From an uncultured Gammaproteobacteria bacterium (lineage in GTDB: Bacteria; Patescibacteriota; Patescibacteriia; SG8-24; DYFX01), in assembly GCA_964404275.1 (NCBI GenBank), contig CAYOJH010000003.1, forward strand, positions 16,879 through 72,510: a stretch of 55,632 bases of DNA. The letters are read 5' to 3'. The first letter of the stretch is position 1. Every line of letters starts with the position of its first letter. A model generated the notes under the pieces. The model saw only the letters and a list, made by a program, of their open reading frames with translations, had not been told where the DNA came from and ran no database searches. Of this stretch, positions 25,024 to 32,959 are shown in pieces. The position numbers were made by a program, and so were the translations under genes.

Positions 25024-26520
25024 CTAGGCGGGATCGAGCGGCGTGATGGCCGGGCCGTTCAGGACTTTGCCGTCCGGACCGAAGCGGCTGCCGTGGCACG
25101 GGCAGTCCCAGCTCCGTTCGGCGTCGTTCCAGCGAACGGTGCAATGCATATGCGTGCAGGCGCCGGAGCGGCGGGTCAGCCCGCCGTGTTCGTCTTTGTA
25201 GACCGCGATCGGCTTGCCGTGTTCGACCAGGATCGCGCCGTGACCGGGAACGATCTGTTCGGCGGAGATGGCGTCGGGACGGAGGCGTCCCTGCAGCATT
25301 TCGCGCGCGAAGTCGGCGCCGAGCTCGGCCATCGGGCCGGCTCCATGCGGGCGGGCCGTGCGGTAGAGATCGGCCAGAGGATCTTGGCCGGTCAGGATCA
25401 GGTTCGAAATGACGCGAGCCGCGATCGTGCCGAAGGTCATGCCGTTGCCGTTGTAGCCGGTCGCGACATATTCGTTCGAGCGTCCGATCGGCCGGCCGAT
25501 GTACGGGAGCCCGTCGATCGATTCGTAGATCTGGCCGCTCCAATGCGCGAAGAATTTCATCGGCACCTTCGGCAGCAAGGCGCGGAAATAGTTCTTGAGC
25601 GCCTCGAAACGCGCTTCTTCCGAGATCGCGCTCTGTCCCGTCAGATGATCTTCGCCGCCCATGGTCAAACGGTCCTCGCCGTCGCCGCGGTCGACGCGGA
25701 AATAATGATACGGATTCTCCGTGTTCCAATAGAGCCCCTCGGGCAGCATGCGGACGGGAATGGCGGCTTGAAGGACGTAGGTGCGCTCCGCTTTGAGTCG
25801 CGAAGGCAGCTGCAGCGGATGCGTGATCGGCCCGTGCGTCGCGATCACCACGTCGTCGGCTCGGACGCGTCCGCCGGAGGTGACCAGCGTGACGCGTCCG
25901 CCGTTTTCGATCGCGTGGACGTGCGTCCGTTCGCGGATATCCGCGCCGGCGGCTTCGGCGCGCGCGGCCAGGGCTTGCAGGTATTTCATGGGATGCAGCT
26001 TGGCCTGATCCGGCGCCAGCAGGAAACCGTGAGCGGCGAAGCCGAGCGCGGCGTCGCTGTCCGTGAAGGCGACGGGGAAGCCCAGCGTCTTTCCAAGCAT
26101 GGCGGTTTCGCGCAAGTCGGCGCGGCCTTTTTCGTCGTGCGCGTAGACGATCGCCGAGCAGCGCATGAAATCGCAGTCGATGCCTTCCTCGCGCACGATC
26201 TTTTCGACCGCGTCGATCGCGTCGCGATTGGAAGCCCAGACGTGTTTTGCCGCTTCTTCCCCGAAGGTCCGCTTCAGATGCGCGAGCGGCGCATCGACGA
26301 CGTAGGTGAAAAACGCCGTCGTGCGCCCCGAGTCGCCCGAGACGATCTTGTCCTGCTCCAAAAGCGTCACCCGCTTTCCGGCTTTGGCCAGGTGATAGGC
26401 CGTCGTGAGACCCGTGATGCCGCCGCCGACGATGGCGACATCCGTCTCAAGATCGCCCGTGACGGGCGGGTAGACGCTGCGGGGATCTTTTTCTTCCGAC
26501 CAGGCGGGATGGGTGGACAT
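25024..26520 (-). CDS. FAD-dependent oxidoreductase (DAO family) with C-terminal Rieske [2Fe-2S] domain (YhfW/PuuB-like)
   Basis: DVAIVGGGITG, DGLPYIG and GYNGNGMTFG motifs. Rieske boxes ACTHMHC and WDCPCHGSRF. Confidence 0.92.
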   Translation of the reverse strand: MSTHPAWSEEKDPRSVYPPVTGDLETDVAIVGGGITGLTTAYHLAKAGKRVTLLEQDKIVSGDSGRTTAFFTYVVDAPLAHLKRTFGEEAAKHVWASNRDAIDAVEKIVREEGIDCDFMRCSAIVYAHDEKGRADLRETAMLGKTLGFPVAFTDSDAALGFAAHGFLLAPDQAKLHPMKYLQALAARAEAAGADIRERTHVHAIENGGRVTLVTSGGRVRADDVVIATHGPITHPLQLPSRLKAERTYVLQAAIPVRMLPEGLYWNTENPYHYFRVDRGDGEDRLTMGGEDHLTGQSAISEEARFEALKNYFRALLPKVPMKFFAHWSGQIYESIDGLPYIGRPIGRSNEYVATGYNGNGMTFGTIAARVISNLILTGQDPLADLYRTARPHGAGPMAELGADFAREMLQGRLRPDAISAEQIVPGHGAILVEHGKPIAVYKDEHGGLTRRSGACTHMHCTVRWNDAERSWDCPCHGSRFGPDGKVLNGPAITPLDPA

Positions 26521-26560
26521 AGGTTCTTTTCGGGAGACGACCGAGACGCGCTTTTCTTGC

Positions 26561-26590
26561 AAAAGAAAAAACCCGCCGTTCAGGGGCGGG
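26561..26590 (-). terminator. Terminator of the 26580..27359 gene
   Basis: Minus strand: CCCGCC-CCTGAAC-GGCGGG-TTTTTTCTTTT. Confidence 0.7.
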
Positions 26591-27359
26591 CCGTTTTGGC
26601 CTTTCGAGATCGTTCGGCCAGGACGAGGCCGGCGGCCTCCCGGACGGCCGGGTTGCGCGCCTTCTCCTTGATCTTCATGAGCAGTTCGACGTTCTTGAAG
26701 GCGCGCAGGAGCGGCAGGACCGTCTTCGGCTCGGAGGCGTCATGGTACTTCTCGAGGTTCGGCTTGGAACCGCGCACGTACGGAGGACGTTCCTGTCCTC
26801 GGGATTCGTCGCACATGGGACCTTCGCCGTCGTTGAAGCCGCGAGACATGTGGGGCGCGCCGTACTCCGTGTGCCCCGGTTCGGTGTACTCTTCCCATTC
26901 GGCGTCATAGTGGCCGCCGAGCGTCTCGAGCCCGATGAAGAACGTGGCGACGAAGGCGTCGCCCCACATCTCGCGCAGCGCGCGGATCGTGGCACCCGTG
27001 GCGCGCAGCGTCTTGCGGAAGGTTTCCTGCGTCGTCACGACGCTAGAATCCACCGACCACGCCCCCGACATATCGTTATCGTGGATGGCGCCGTGCTCCG
27101 AGCCCGCTTCGGTCTCGAAGCAGCGTTCGTAGAGCGCCTCGAGCACGTCTTCGTGCACGTCGCGCTCTCGGAGGATCGTGCAGGCAAAATTCGCCGGTAC
27201 GTTGCGCGGTTCTCCGAGCGCGCCGAGGCACACGTTGCGGATCGTCCAGCGCGTTTCGAGCGCCTCGAGGCGCCAGACGTTGCCGTCGTCCGTCTCGAAG
27301 AACGTGCCCGGCGTCATCTGGAGCGGCTTGCGCGGGAAGTCGAGCTGTCGTTTGGCCAT
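26580..27359 (-). CDS. Orphan hypothetical protein (259 aa)
   Basis: AAAGGAG SD before the ATG. Own promoter and terminator. No family recognised. Confidence 0.65.
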   Translation of the reverse strand: MAKRQLDFPRKPLQMTPGTFFETDDGNVWRLEALETRWTIRNVCLGALGEPRNVPANFACTILRERDVHEDVLEALYERCFETEAGSEHGAIHDNDMSGAWSVDSSVVTTQETFRKTLRATGATIRALREMWGDAFVATFFIGLETLGGHYDAEWEEYTEPGHTEYGAPHMSRGFNDGEGPMCDESRGQERPPYVRGSKPNLEKYHDASEPKTVLPLLRAFKNVELLMKIKEKARNPAVREAAGLVLAERSRKAKTARP

Positions 27360-27390
27360 TGGATGCTCCTTTGCGAAAGATCGTGGGCGG

Positions 27391-27419
27391 AACATAGCAG
27401 CGCGAGACGGAAATGTCAA
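27391..27419 (-). promoter_or_regulatory. Promoter TTGACA-17-TATGTT
   Basis: Reverse complement of 27414-27419 and 27391-27396. Confidence 0.75.
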
Positions 27420-27432
27420 TCGCCCTTCCGAA

Positions 27433-27470
27433 ATGAAAGATCGACGGCGATGACACCGTCGATCGTTCAT
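27433..27470 (-). terminator. Hairpin immediately 3-prime of tRNA-Trp
   Basis: ATGAA-A-GATCGACGG-CGATGACA-CCGTCGATC-G-TTCAT. Confidence 0.65.
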
Positions 27471-27543
27471 GGCAGGGGCGGCTGGAATCGAACCAACGAC
27501 AAGGGTTTTGGAGACCCTTGTGATACCATTTCACCACGCCCCC
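27470..27543 (-). tRNA. tRNA-Trp(CCA)
   Basis: Minus strand GGGGGCG acceptor stem, AGGGT-CTCCAAA-ACCCT anticodon arm, GGTTCGATTCC T-arm, encoded CCA. Confidence 0.96.
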
Positions 27544-27562
27544 GCGAGCGGGGAACACGGGG

Positions 27563-27591
27563 AGAATAGCATGAATCGGCGCTCCTGGCAA
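27563..27591 (-). promoter_or_regulatory. tRNA-Trp promoter TTGCCA-17-TATTCT
   Basis: Read directly on the minus strand. Confidence 0.7.
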
Positions 27592-27617
27592 TGGTCCGAG
27601 GGCGTTTTTACGATCGC

Positions 27618-27642
27618 AAAAAAATCGACCTTGCGGTCGATT
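27618..27642 (-). terminator. Terminator of the PNP gene
   Basis: Minus strand AATCGACC-GCAA-GGTCGATT-TTTTT. Confidence 0.85.
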
Positions 27643-28495
27643 ACGCGCGGCGAGCGATCAGCGAGACGATCTGCTCGAGCAGATCGCCCAAGTGCGGCGA
27701 CTTCTCCTTCGCGCGGCGCTGGTTCTCCTCGTGCGAGTGTTCTTCGGAATCCGTGTTGGTCACGAAGGCGAGCGGCAGCGTTTTTACTCCGTCATAGAGG
27801 GAGGCGATGCTGGCCTCCGGGAGCACGCTCATGCCGACGACCGCGATGCCGGGGTGGAGATTCCGCATGATCGGCTTGTCGTATTTGCGCCCTTCGAAGA
27901 ACGGGCCCGGTACCATGACGTGTCCGCCGCGTCCGAGCCGCAGCGATCCTCGGTAGGCGGCGCAGAACGTCGTTTGCAGCTCGGTATCGATCGTGTCTTC
28001 AGGCGAACGGAACTCGCCGGCGAATCCCGGCATGATCGGCGCGTAGATCGTGGCGAATCCGTCGATCAGGACCACGTTCCCCACGTCGATGTCCGCGCGC
28101 AGGCTTCCGGCGGCGCAGGTCAGGATCAGTGTCTTCACGCCGAGCTGCAGGAGCATTTCGATCTGCAGCCGCACCATGCCGTAGAGATCCGGATCGGCCG
28201 GCCGTTCGTTCACGTGCACGCGGCCGCGCAGCGCGATGACGGGATGCGTGTCCCAGTCGCCGTTCTGCGCTTTCAGGAAGCCGAAGACGACTTCGCGCGC
28301 ATGGCCTTCGAGCGGATCGAGCGAGCCGAATCCGGGAATCTCTTGGAAGAAGACGCCGCGGCGATCGTGAAACTCCAACGCTTCGCCCCAGCCGGTGCCG
28401 AGGACGATACCCACGGGCGCGTGATCGATCTTCAGCTTCTCGCGGAGAAAATTCGCGGCGCGCTTGGCGGCTTCTTCGCTTTTCGCATGTCTCAT
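27641..28495 (-). CDS. punA: Purine-nucleoside phosphorylase (trimeric PNP/MTAP family)
   Basis: GIVLGTGWG, LRGRVHVNE, LTCAAGSL, GPFFE, VVGMSVLPE and HSHEE motifs. AGAGGT SD. Promoter TTGAGT-17-TACGCT at 28556-28528. Confidence 0.88.
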   Translation of the reverse strand: MRHAKSEEAAKRAANFLREKLKIDHAPVGIVLGTGWGEALEFHDRRGVFFQEIPGFGSLDPLEGHAREVVFGFLKAQNGDWDTHPVIALRGRVHVNERPADPDLYGMVRLQIEMLLQLGVKTLILTCAAGSLRADIDVGNVVLIDGFATIYAPIMPGFAGEFRSPEDTIDTELQTTFCAAYRGSLRLGRGGHVMVPGPFFEGRKYDKPIMRNLHPGIAVVGMSVLPEASIASLYDGVKTLPLAFVTNTDSEEHSHEENQRRAKEKSPHLGDLLEQIVSLIARRA

Positions 28496-28625
28496 GGAAA
28501 GACCTCTTATCGATGTTGAGCAGGCGAAGCGTAGCGTGCTTCCTTCAAAAACTCAAGGTTGTTGACAGCGGAGAGCGGGATATGGGCAGGCTCCATTGCC
28601 TTCTGATTCATTTGACCTGACGCCC

Positions 28626-29738
28626 ATGCGCTCCGCCTCTTTCATCGCCGCGGTCATGCTCGTGTTCCTGCCCGTCGCCGTTCCGTCCGCTCAAGCCGCC
28701 TATCGTTTTTCCGATTTTCGCGCACACCCGCCGATCCATGTCCATGGCATGGCCGTCGCGGCTCCGACGGGCCTGACGCCCGCGCAGATCAAGGCGGCCT
28801 ATCACCTGCCCGAGAGCGGCGGCCAGGGCACGATCGCGATCGTCGGCGCGTACGACGACGCACGGATCGAAAGCGATCTCAACGTCTTCAGCCGGCAATT
28901 TGGCTTGCCGGAATGCACGACGAAAAACGGCTGCTTCGAAAAGATCAAGCTCGGACGGCATCTCTCCGCAAACGCGGGCTGGGCGCTTGAGACCTCGCTC
29001 GACGTCGAATGGGCGCACGCGATCGCGCCGCAGGCCAAGATTCTTTTGATCGAAGCAAAGACGCCGAGCGGCGCGAATCTCCTGGCGGCCGTCGACGCGG
29101 CCAGGACCGCGCCGGACGTGACCGCGATCTCGATGAGCTGGGGCGGACCGGAGTTCTCCGACGAAACGTCGCTCGACGCGCACTTCGCGAGCCTGACGGG
29201 CGCGACGTTTTTCGCGTCCTCGGGCGACGACGGCGCGGGCGCGAGCTGGCCGGCCGTTTCGCCGAACGTCGTGGCGGTCGGCGGCACGACGTTGCGTTTC
29301 ACCGCGGCCGGATCGTTGGCTTCCGAAACCGCCTGGGGCGGGAGCGGGGGAGGCGTGAGCGCGTATGAAAAAGCGCCTGCGTATCAAGTCGCCTACGGCC
29401 TGACGCGCGCCAAAGGCATGCGCGCGGTGCCTGACGTCTCGTACGACGCGGATCCGTCCTCGGGCGTTTCGGTCTACCGTTCATCCGCGACGTCGAGGAA
29501 AAATTGGTACGTGCTCGGCGGCACGAGCGCCGGGGCGCCGCAGTGGGCGGCGATCAAGGCGCTCGGGAATTCCGCCGACAACGAAAAATTTTACGCCGAC
29601 AAGGCCGGAGCTGCGGGCGGTTCCTACTTCCGCGACATCGTGAGCGGGAAAAACGGCGACTGCGCGTATTTCTGCGACGCGCGCCGGCGTTATGATTTCG
29701 TGACCGGCCTCGGCAGTCCGCTGCGGGCGGCGTTTTGA
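28626..29738 (+). CDS. Secreted S53 (sedolisin/kumamolisin-like) serine peptidase
   Basis: Signal peptide. ETSLDVE (Glu/Asp), SSGDDG, RAVPDVS, GGTSAGAP (Ser) and FRDIVSGKNG...YDFVTGLGSP motifs. Confidence 0.92.
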   Translation: MRSASFIAAVMLVFLPVAVPSAQAAYRFSDFRAHPPIHVHGMAVAAPTGLTPAQIKAAYHLPESGGQGTIAIVGAYDDARIESDLNVFSRQFGLPECTTKNGCFEKIKLGRHLSANAGWALETSLDVEWAHAIAPQAKILLIEAKTPSGANLLAAVDAARTAPDVTAISMSWGGPEFSDETSLDAHFASLTGATFFASSGDDGAGASWPAVSPNVVAVGGTTLRFTAAGSLASETAWGGSGGGVSAYEKAPAYQVAYGLTRAKGMRAVPDVSYDADPSSGVSVYRSSATSRKNWYVLGGTSAGAPQWAAIKALGNSADNEKFYADKAGAAGGSYFRDIVSGKNGDCAYFCDARRRYDFVTGLGSPLRAAF

Positions 29739-29786
29739 TCTTGACCCGGGCGTTTTCGTGTGGTACCACGGACGCGGAGGTGTCGC

Positions 29787-30587
29787 ATGACACTGCTGCC
29801 CAACGATCATTCCATCGCCGTCTGCTGGAACCCTCACCATCACGGCGATCCGTTCAAGCCCGAGTCCGCCGAGATCTTCCGCGCTTGGTATCTCGAGACG
29901 TATCCGCACTGCGGCGCGCCGCCGGATCGATTCGCCGCCGCGCCGCTCTGCGCCTTCTCCGGCAGCGTCCACTCGCCGTACACCTGCACCGAGCGAAGCC
30001 TCGGCGGCACGTACGCGGTCTGCCCGGCCTGCGCGAAAGCGATGATGTGCGGATACGGCGAGAAGGGCTTGGAACCTCGCCGCTGCGCTTGCGGCTGCGT
30101 GCTGAAGTTCAACGATTACTTCCAGCCCGCGCTGACCGGCATCAAGGCCTCGCCTTCCGAACAACGGGCGCTCGTCGATCCCGCCAAGGATCCCGCCGTG
30201 CCCGCGGCCGAAGTCTGCGCGCTGCGTCAAGCGGGCGTGCCCTACGGTCGGCTGGCGGGCGCGATCCTGATCCTCACCGCCGCGCGCCTCATCCGCACCG
30301 GAGGCCAGATCGATCCGAAGGGATACGTCGTGAGCTTTCCGGTGCTCTTCCACCGGGGAATCGAAGACGTCTTCATGCGCGATCGCTGGCTCGGGATCGA
30401 TCCGCGGCCGCAAACGTCGCCGGCCGTGCTGACCAAGGCCGGTCGCATCATGCTGGCGGCGCGCAAGATCGCGTCCGACCCGTCCGCCGCTTCGTGGCTC
30501 GAAGACCTGCTGGCGCTCGACGACGAGCGTTTCCACCGGCAAGCTGCGCTCGCGCTCGGAACCCTGCTCAACGCGCCTAACGACTGA
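29787..30587 (+). CDS. Orphan Cys-rich (Zn-finger-like) protein with possible C-terminal winged helix
   Basis: HCG, PLC...H, YTC, VCPAC, MMC and RRCACGC clusters. C-terminal AVLTKAGRIML. GGAGGTG SD. TTGACC at 29741. Confidence 0.6.
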   Translation: MTLLPNDHSIAVCWNPHHHGDPFKPESAEIFRAWYLETYPHCGAPPDRFAAAPLCAFSGSVHSPYTCTERSLGGTYAVCPACAKAMMCGYGEKGLEPRRCACGCVLKFNDYFQPALTGIKASPSEQRALVDPAKDPAVPAAEVCALRQAGVPYGRLAGAILILTAARLIRTGGQIDPKGYVVSFPVLFHRGIEDVFMRDRWLGIDPRPQTSPAVLTKAGRIMLAARKIASDPSAASWLEDLLALDDERFHRQAALALGTLLNAPND

Positions 30588-30589
30588 CT

Positions 30590-30614
30590 CGCGCTTTCCA
30601 AAAAGCGCGTTTTT
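30590..30614 (+). terminator. Intrinsic terminator
   Basis: CGCGCTTT-CCAA-AAAGCGCG-TTTTT. Confidence 0.75.
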
Positions 30615-30698
30615 GTTAGCTGAAAGCAATACCCAGGGCATACGTCCTCGGTTCCTTGGCTTGACGCGAGGCCGCTTCTTCCTCTGTAATGGAAGCGT

Positions 30699-31406
30699 AT
30701 GGACGTCCGGCTCGAACCCTCTTGGAAGGCACAGTTGAAGGAGGAATTCGAGAAGCCGTACTTCACGCGCCTGGCGGAGTTCGTGCGCCAGGAGTATGCG
30801 GCGAGGATCGTCTATCCGCCGCCGAAGCGCATTTTCGCCGCGCTTGAGGCGACGCCGTTCGACAAGGTTCGCGTCGTGATCCTCGGCCAGGATCCGTATC
30901 ACGGTCCGGGTCAGGCCCACGGCCTGTGCTTCTCGGTGCCCGACGGCGTGCCAAAACCGCCCTCGCTGCAGAACATCTTCAAAGAGATCCGCGACGATCT
31001 CGGCTTGCCGATTCCCGAGAGCGGCAATCTCCAGCACTGGGCCGATCAAGGCGTGCTCTTGCTCAACGTGACCTTGACGGTCGCGGCCGGACAGGCCGGT
31101 TCGCATCAAGGGCACGGCTGGGAAGAGTTCACCGATGCGGTCGTGAAGAAGCTGAACGCGCATCGCGAAGGCCTGGTCTTCTTGCTCTGGGGCGCGTATG
31201 CGCAGAAAAAAGGCGCGCACATCGATCGGAACACACACCTGGTGCTGCAAGCGCCGCATCCGTCTCCGCTTTCCGCGCACAATGGATTCTTCGGCTGCCG
31301 CCACTTTAGCCAAACCAATGCGTATCTTGAGGCAAAAAAGGAACAACCGATCGACTGGACCCGGGACGCGCCGAAAGAAGTCGACGTCCGCGACGTCCAA
31401 TGGTAA
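30699..31406 (+). CDS. ung: Uracil-DNA glycosylase, family 1
   Basis: VVILGQDPYHG, HGLCFSV, PPSLQNIFKE, GVLLLN and HPSPLSA motifs. Confidence 0.97.
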   Translation: MDVRLEPSWKAQLKEEFEKPYFTRLAEFVRQEYAARIVYPPPKRIFAALEATPFDKVRVVILGQDPYHGPGQAHGLCFSVPDGVPKPPSLQNIFKEIRDDLGLPIPESGNLQHWADQGVLLLNVTLTVAAGQAGSHQGHGWEEFTDAVVKKLNAHREGLVFLLWGAYAQKKGAHIDRNTHLVLQAPHPSPLSAHNGFFGCRHFSQTNAYLEAKKEQPIDWTRDAPKEVDVRDVQW

Positions 31407-31410
31407 TGCT

Positions 31411-31926
31411 ATGGCTTTTGCCTTGACCAAAACCGAACTCGAACGGCTGCTGGAACTCGCCACGCTGGGCGATTGGCTTGTGAACGGCCATCGTCCGGAC
31501 GAAGAGCGCCTTGAGAGCCACGAAGGCGTGCTGCAGAAGCTCTACGCGCTTTCGGAAGAAGAGGGGCTCGGCTATCTGGTGGATGTCGACGAAGAAACCG
31601 GCCGGCTGAAAGCTTCCGACGCGCTGGTCGCGCGCTTGGGCTTGGCGGGGTACGTCGCCGAATATGACGAGTGCGTCTTTTGGGACGAGCTGGCGATCCG
31701 CCTGGCCGAACGCGACCTGCGGGCCGAGATCGGCATCGTCGCCTTCGACGCCCTGCCGCCGCTCGAGCGCCAGGAACGCGTCGACGCGATCGCCGAAACG
31801 TACGACCGCGAATTCGACCGGCGCGGCATCGAGCATTTCCGTCTCGACCACGCCCTGGATCGCCGGACGCGCGACGCGCTGACCGAACGTTTGCTCAAGC
31901 TTTTTAACGACAGCGACGCTTCATGA
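31411..31926 (+). CDS. Acidic helical hypothetical protein (171 aa)
   Basis: Sits in an operon between ung and the tmk-like gene. LLELATLGDWLVN and EYDECVFWDELAIRLAERD segments. Confidence 0.7.
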   Translation: MAFALTKTELERLLELATLGDWLVNGHRPDEERLESHEGVLQKLYALSEEEGLGYLVDVDEETGRLKASDALVARLGLAGYVAEYDECVFWDELAIRLAERDLRAEIGIVAFDALPPLERQERVDAIAETYDREFDRRGIEHFRLDHALDRRTRDALTERLLKLFNDSDAS

Positions 31927-32510
31927 AACTGATCGAGTTTGTCGGCATGCCGAGAAGCGGCAAGACGACGCAGGCGGAACTTTTGAAGAAAGCGCTTGAA
32001 GCGCGCGGGAGGAACGTTTTTTTATTGACCGACCGCGAGCGCATGGCCCAGTTGTCCGTGCCTCCGCAAGAGTCGCTGGCCTTCGCCCTGTCCTTTTACG
32101 GCCAGCTGCTCGACGCGTATTACAAATACAAGGATCAGGCCGAAGTGCTGATCGTCGACCGCGGCTGGAGCGACGCGGCCGTCTGGGCCGAGGTCTATCG
32201 CGCGATGAAAGTCGTGACCGACGAGGAAGCCTCCGCGCTCGCGGAATGTTTCGCCCGATTCGCGCGACTTTCGACGGCCGTGATCTGCATGAACGTCCCG
32301 GCGGAAACGTCTCTCGAGCGCCATCGCGCCACGCTGCACGAGCAAGTCGACGACGTAGCCATGAATCCGGAGTGGCTCTCCGCCTTGGTCGCCGCCTACG
32401 ACGCGAAAAAAACGGCCTTCACGAATCCGCTCGACGTCGACGGCGCGGCCGATACCGAAGAAGCCCACGCGCGCATCATGGCGTTTCTGGAAGCGACGGG
32501 TTCGATTTGA
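31923..32510 (+). CDS. Thymidylate/deoxynucleotide kinase-like P-loop kinase
   Basis: IEFVGMPRSGKTTQ P-loop, LIVDRGWSD and VPAETSLERH motifs. Confidence 0.75.
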   Translation: MKLIEFVGMPRSGKTTQAELLKKALEARGRNVFLLTDRERMAQLSVPPQESLAFALSFYGQLLDAYYKYKDQAEVLIVDRGWSDAAVWAEVYRAMKVVTDEEASALAECFARFARLSTAVICMNVPAETSLERHRATLHEQVDDVAMNPEWLSALVAAYDAKKTAFTNPLDVDGAADTEEAHARIMAFLEATGSI

Positions 32511-32536
32511 AAAGAAAAAAGCCGCTCAGGCGGCTT
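32511..32536. terminator. Terminator between convergent genes
   Basis: AAAGAAAAAA-GCCGC-TCAG-GCGGC-TT. Confidence 0.7.
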
Positions 32537-32903
32537 CGTAGAACCAGGGGAGCGCCGTGCCGGGAAAATCGGCATGGATCGCGTTGATGAGCGGCAGGAA
32601 CTGCCGCTCTTTGAAATCGCTCCAATTGAACGCGCTCAGCGCCTTCCAGCCGTCCTCCGCGTCTTGCCGCGCCGCGAATTCCCAGATGCGCGAGCCGACG
32701 TCATGCCGCAACATGTGAATGACGAAGGCGGCGCGGCCGGGCGGCGGATCGCGGATCTCGAGCAGTTCCTGGAACGCCTGGACGTCGTCTTCGCAATCCG
32801 TGCAGCCGTAGCGATGCTGCGCGATGTCGAAGCGCGTGCGATACCCGTAACCGCCGTGCCAGACCGTCTTGGTTCCGTCATCGTTCGCGGTGACAGCTTG
32901 CAA
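32526..32903 (-). CDS. Orphan hypothetical protein (125 aa, CxxC)
   Basis: TTG start after GGAGGTG. YGCTDCED motif. Own promoter and terminator. Confidence 0.6.
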   Translation of the reverse strand: MQAVTANDDGTKTVWHGGYGYRTRFDIAQHRYGCTDCEDDVQAFQELLEIRDPPPGRAAFVIHMLRHDVGSRIWEFAARQDAEDGWKALSAFNWSDFKERQFLPLINAIHADFPGTALPWFYEAA

Positions 32904-32950
32904 AGGACACCTCCGGGCGTTAGGCTACAGGCCGCGAGGCATTTTGCCAA
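32898..32950. promoter_or_regulatory. Overlapping divergent promoters: + TTGCAA-17-TAGGCT and - TTGGCA-17-TAGCCT
   Basis: Plus 32898-32903 / 32921-32926. Minus 32950-32945 / 32927-32922. Confidence 0.65.
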
Positions 32951-32959
32951 GGAGGACGC

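Noticed and set aside
27470-27543. Recoded UGA (genetic code 25 or 4)
   Set aside because: TGA ends many conserved genes at their expected C-termini (tpiA, glyQS, murF), and the tRNA-Trp anticodon is CCA.
28562-28592. Full promoter for the S53 gene
   Set aside because: TTGACA is present, but there is no acceptable -10 at 16-18 nt spacing.
30615-30660. Possible riboswitch or ncRNA upstream of ung; CTGAAAGCA shared with 15455-15463
   Set aside because: Only short alternative stems, no recognisable aptamer, and a single 9-nt match is within chance.
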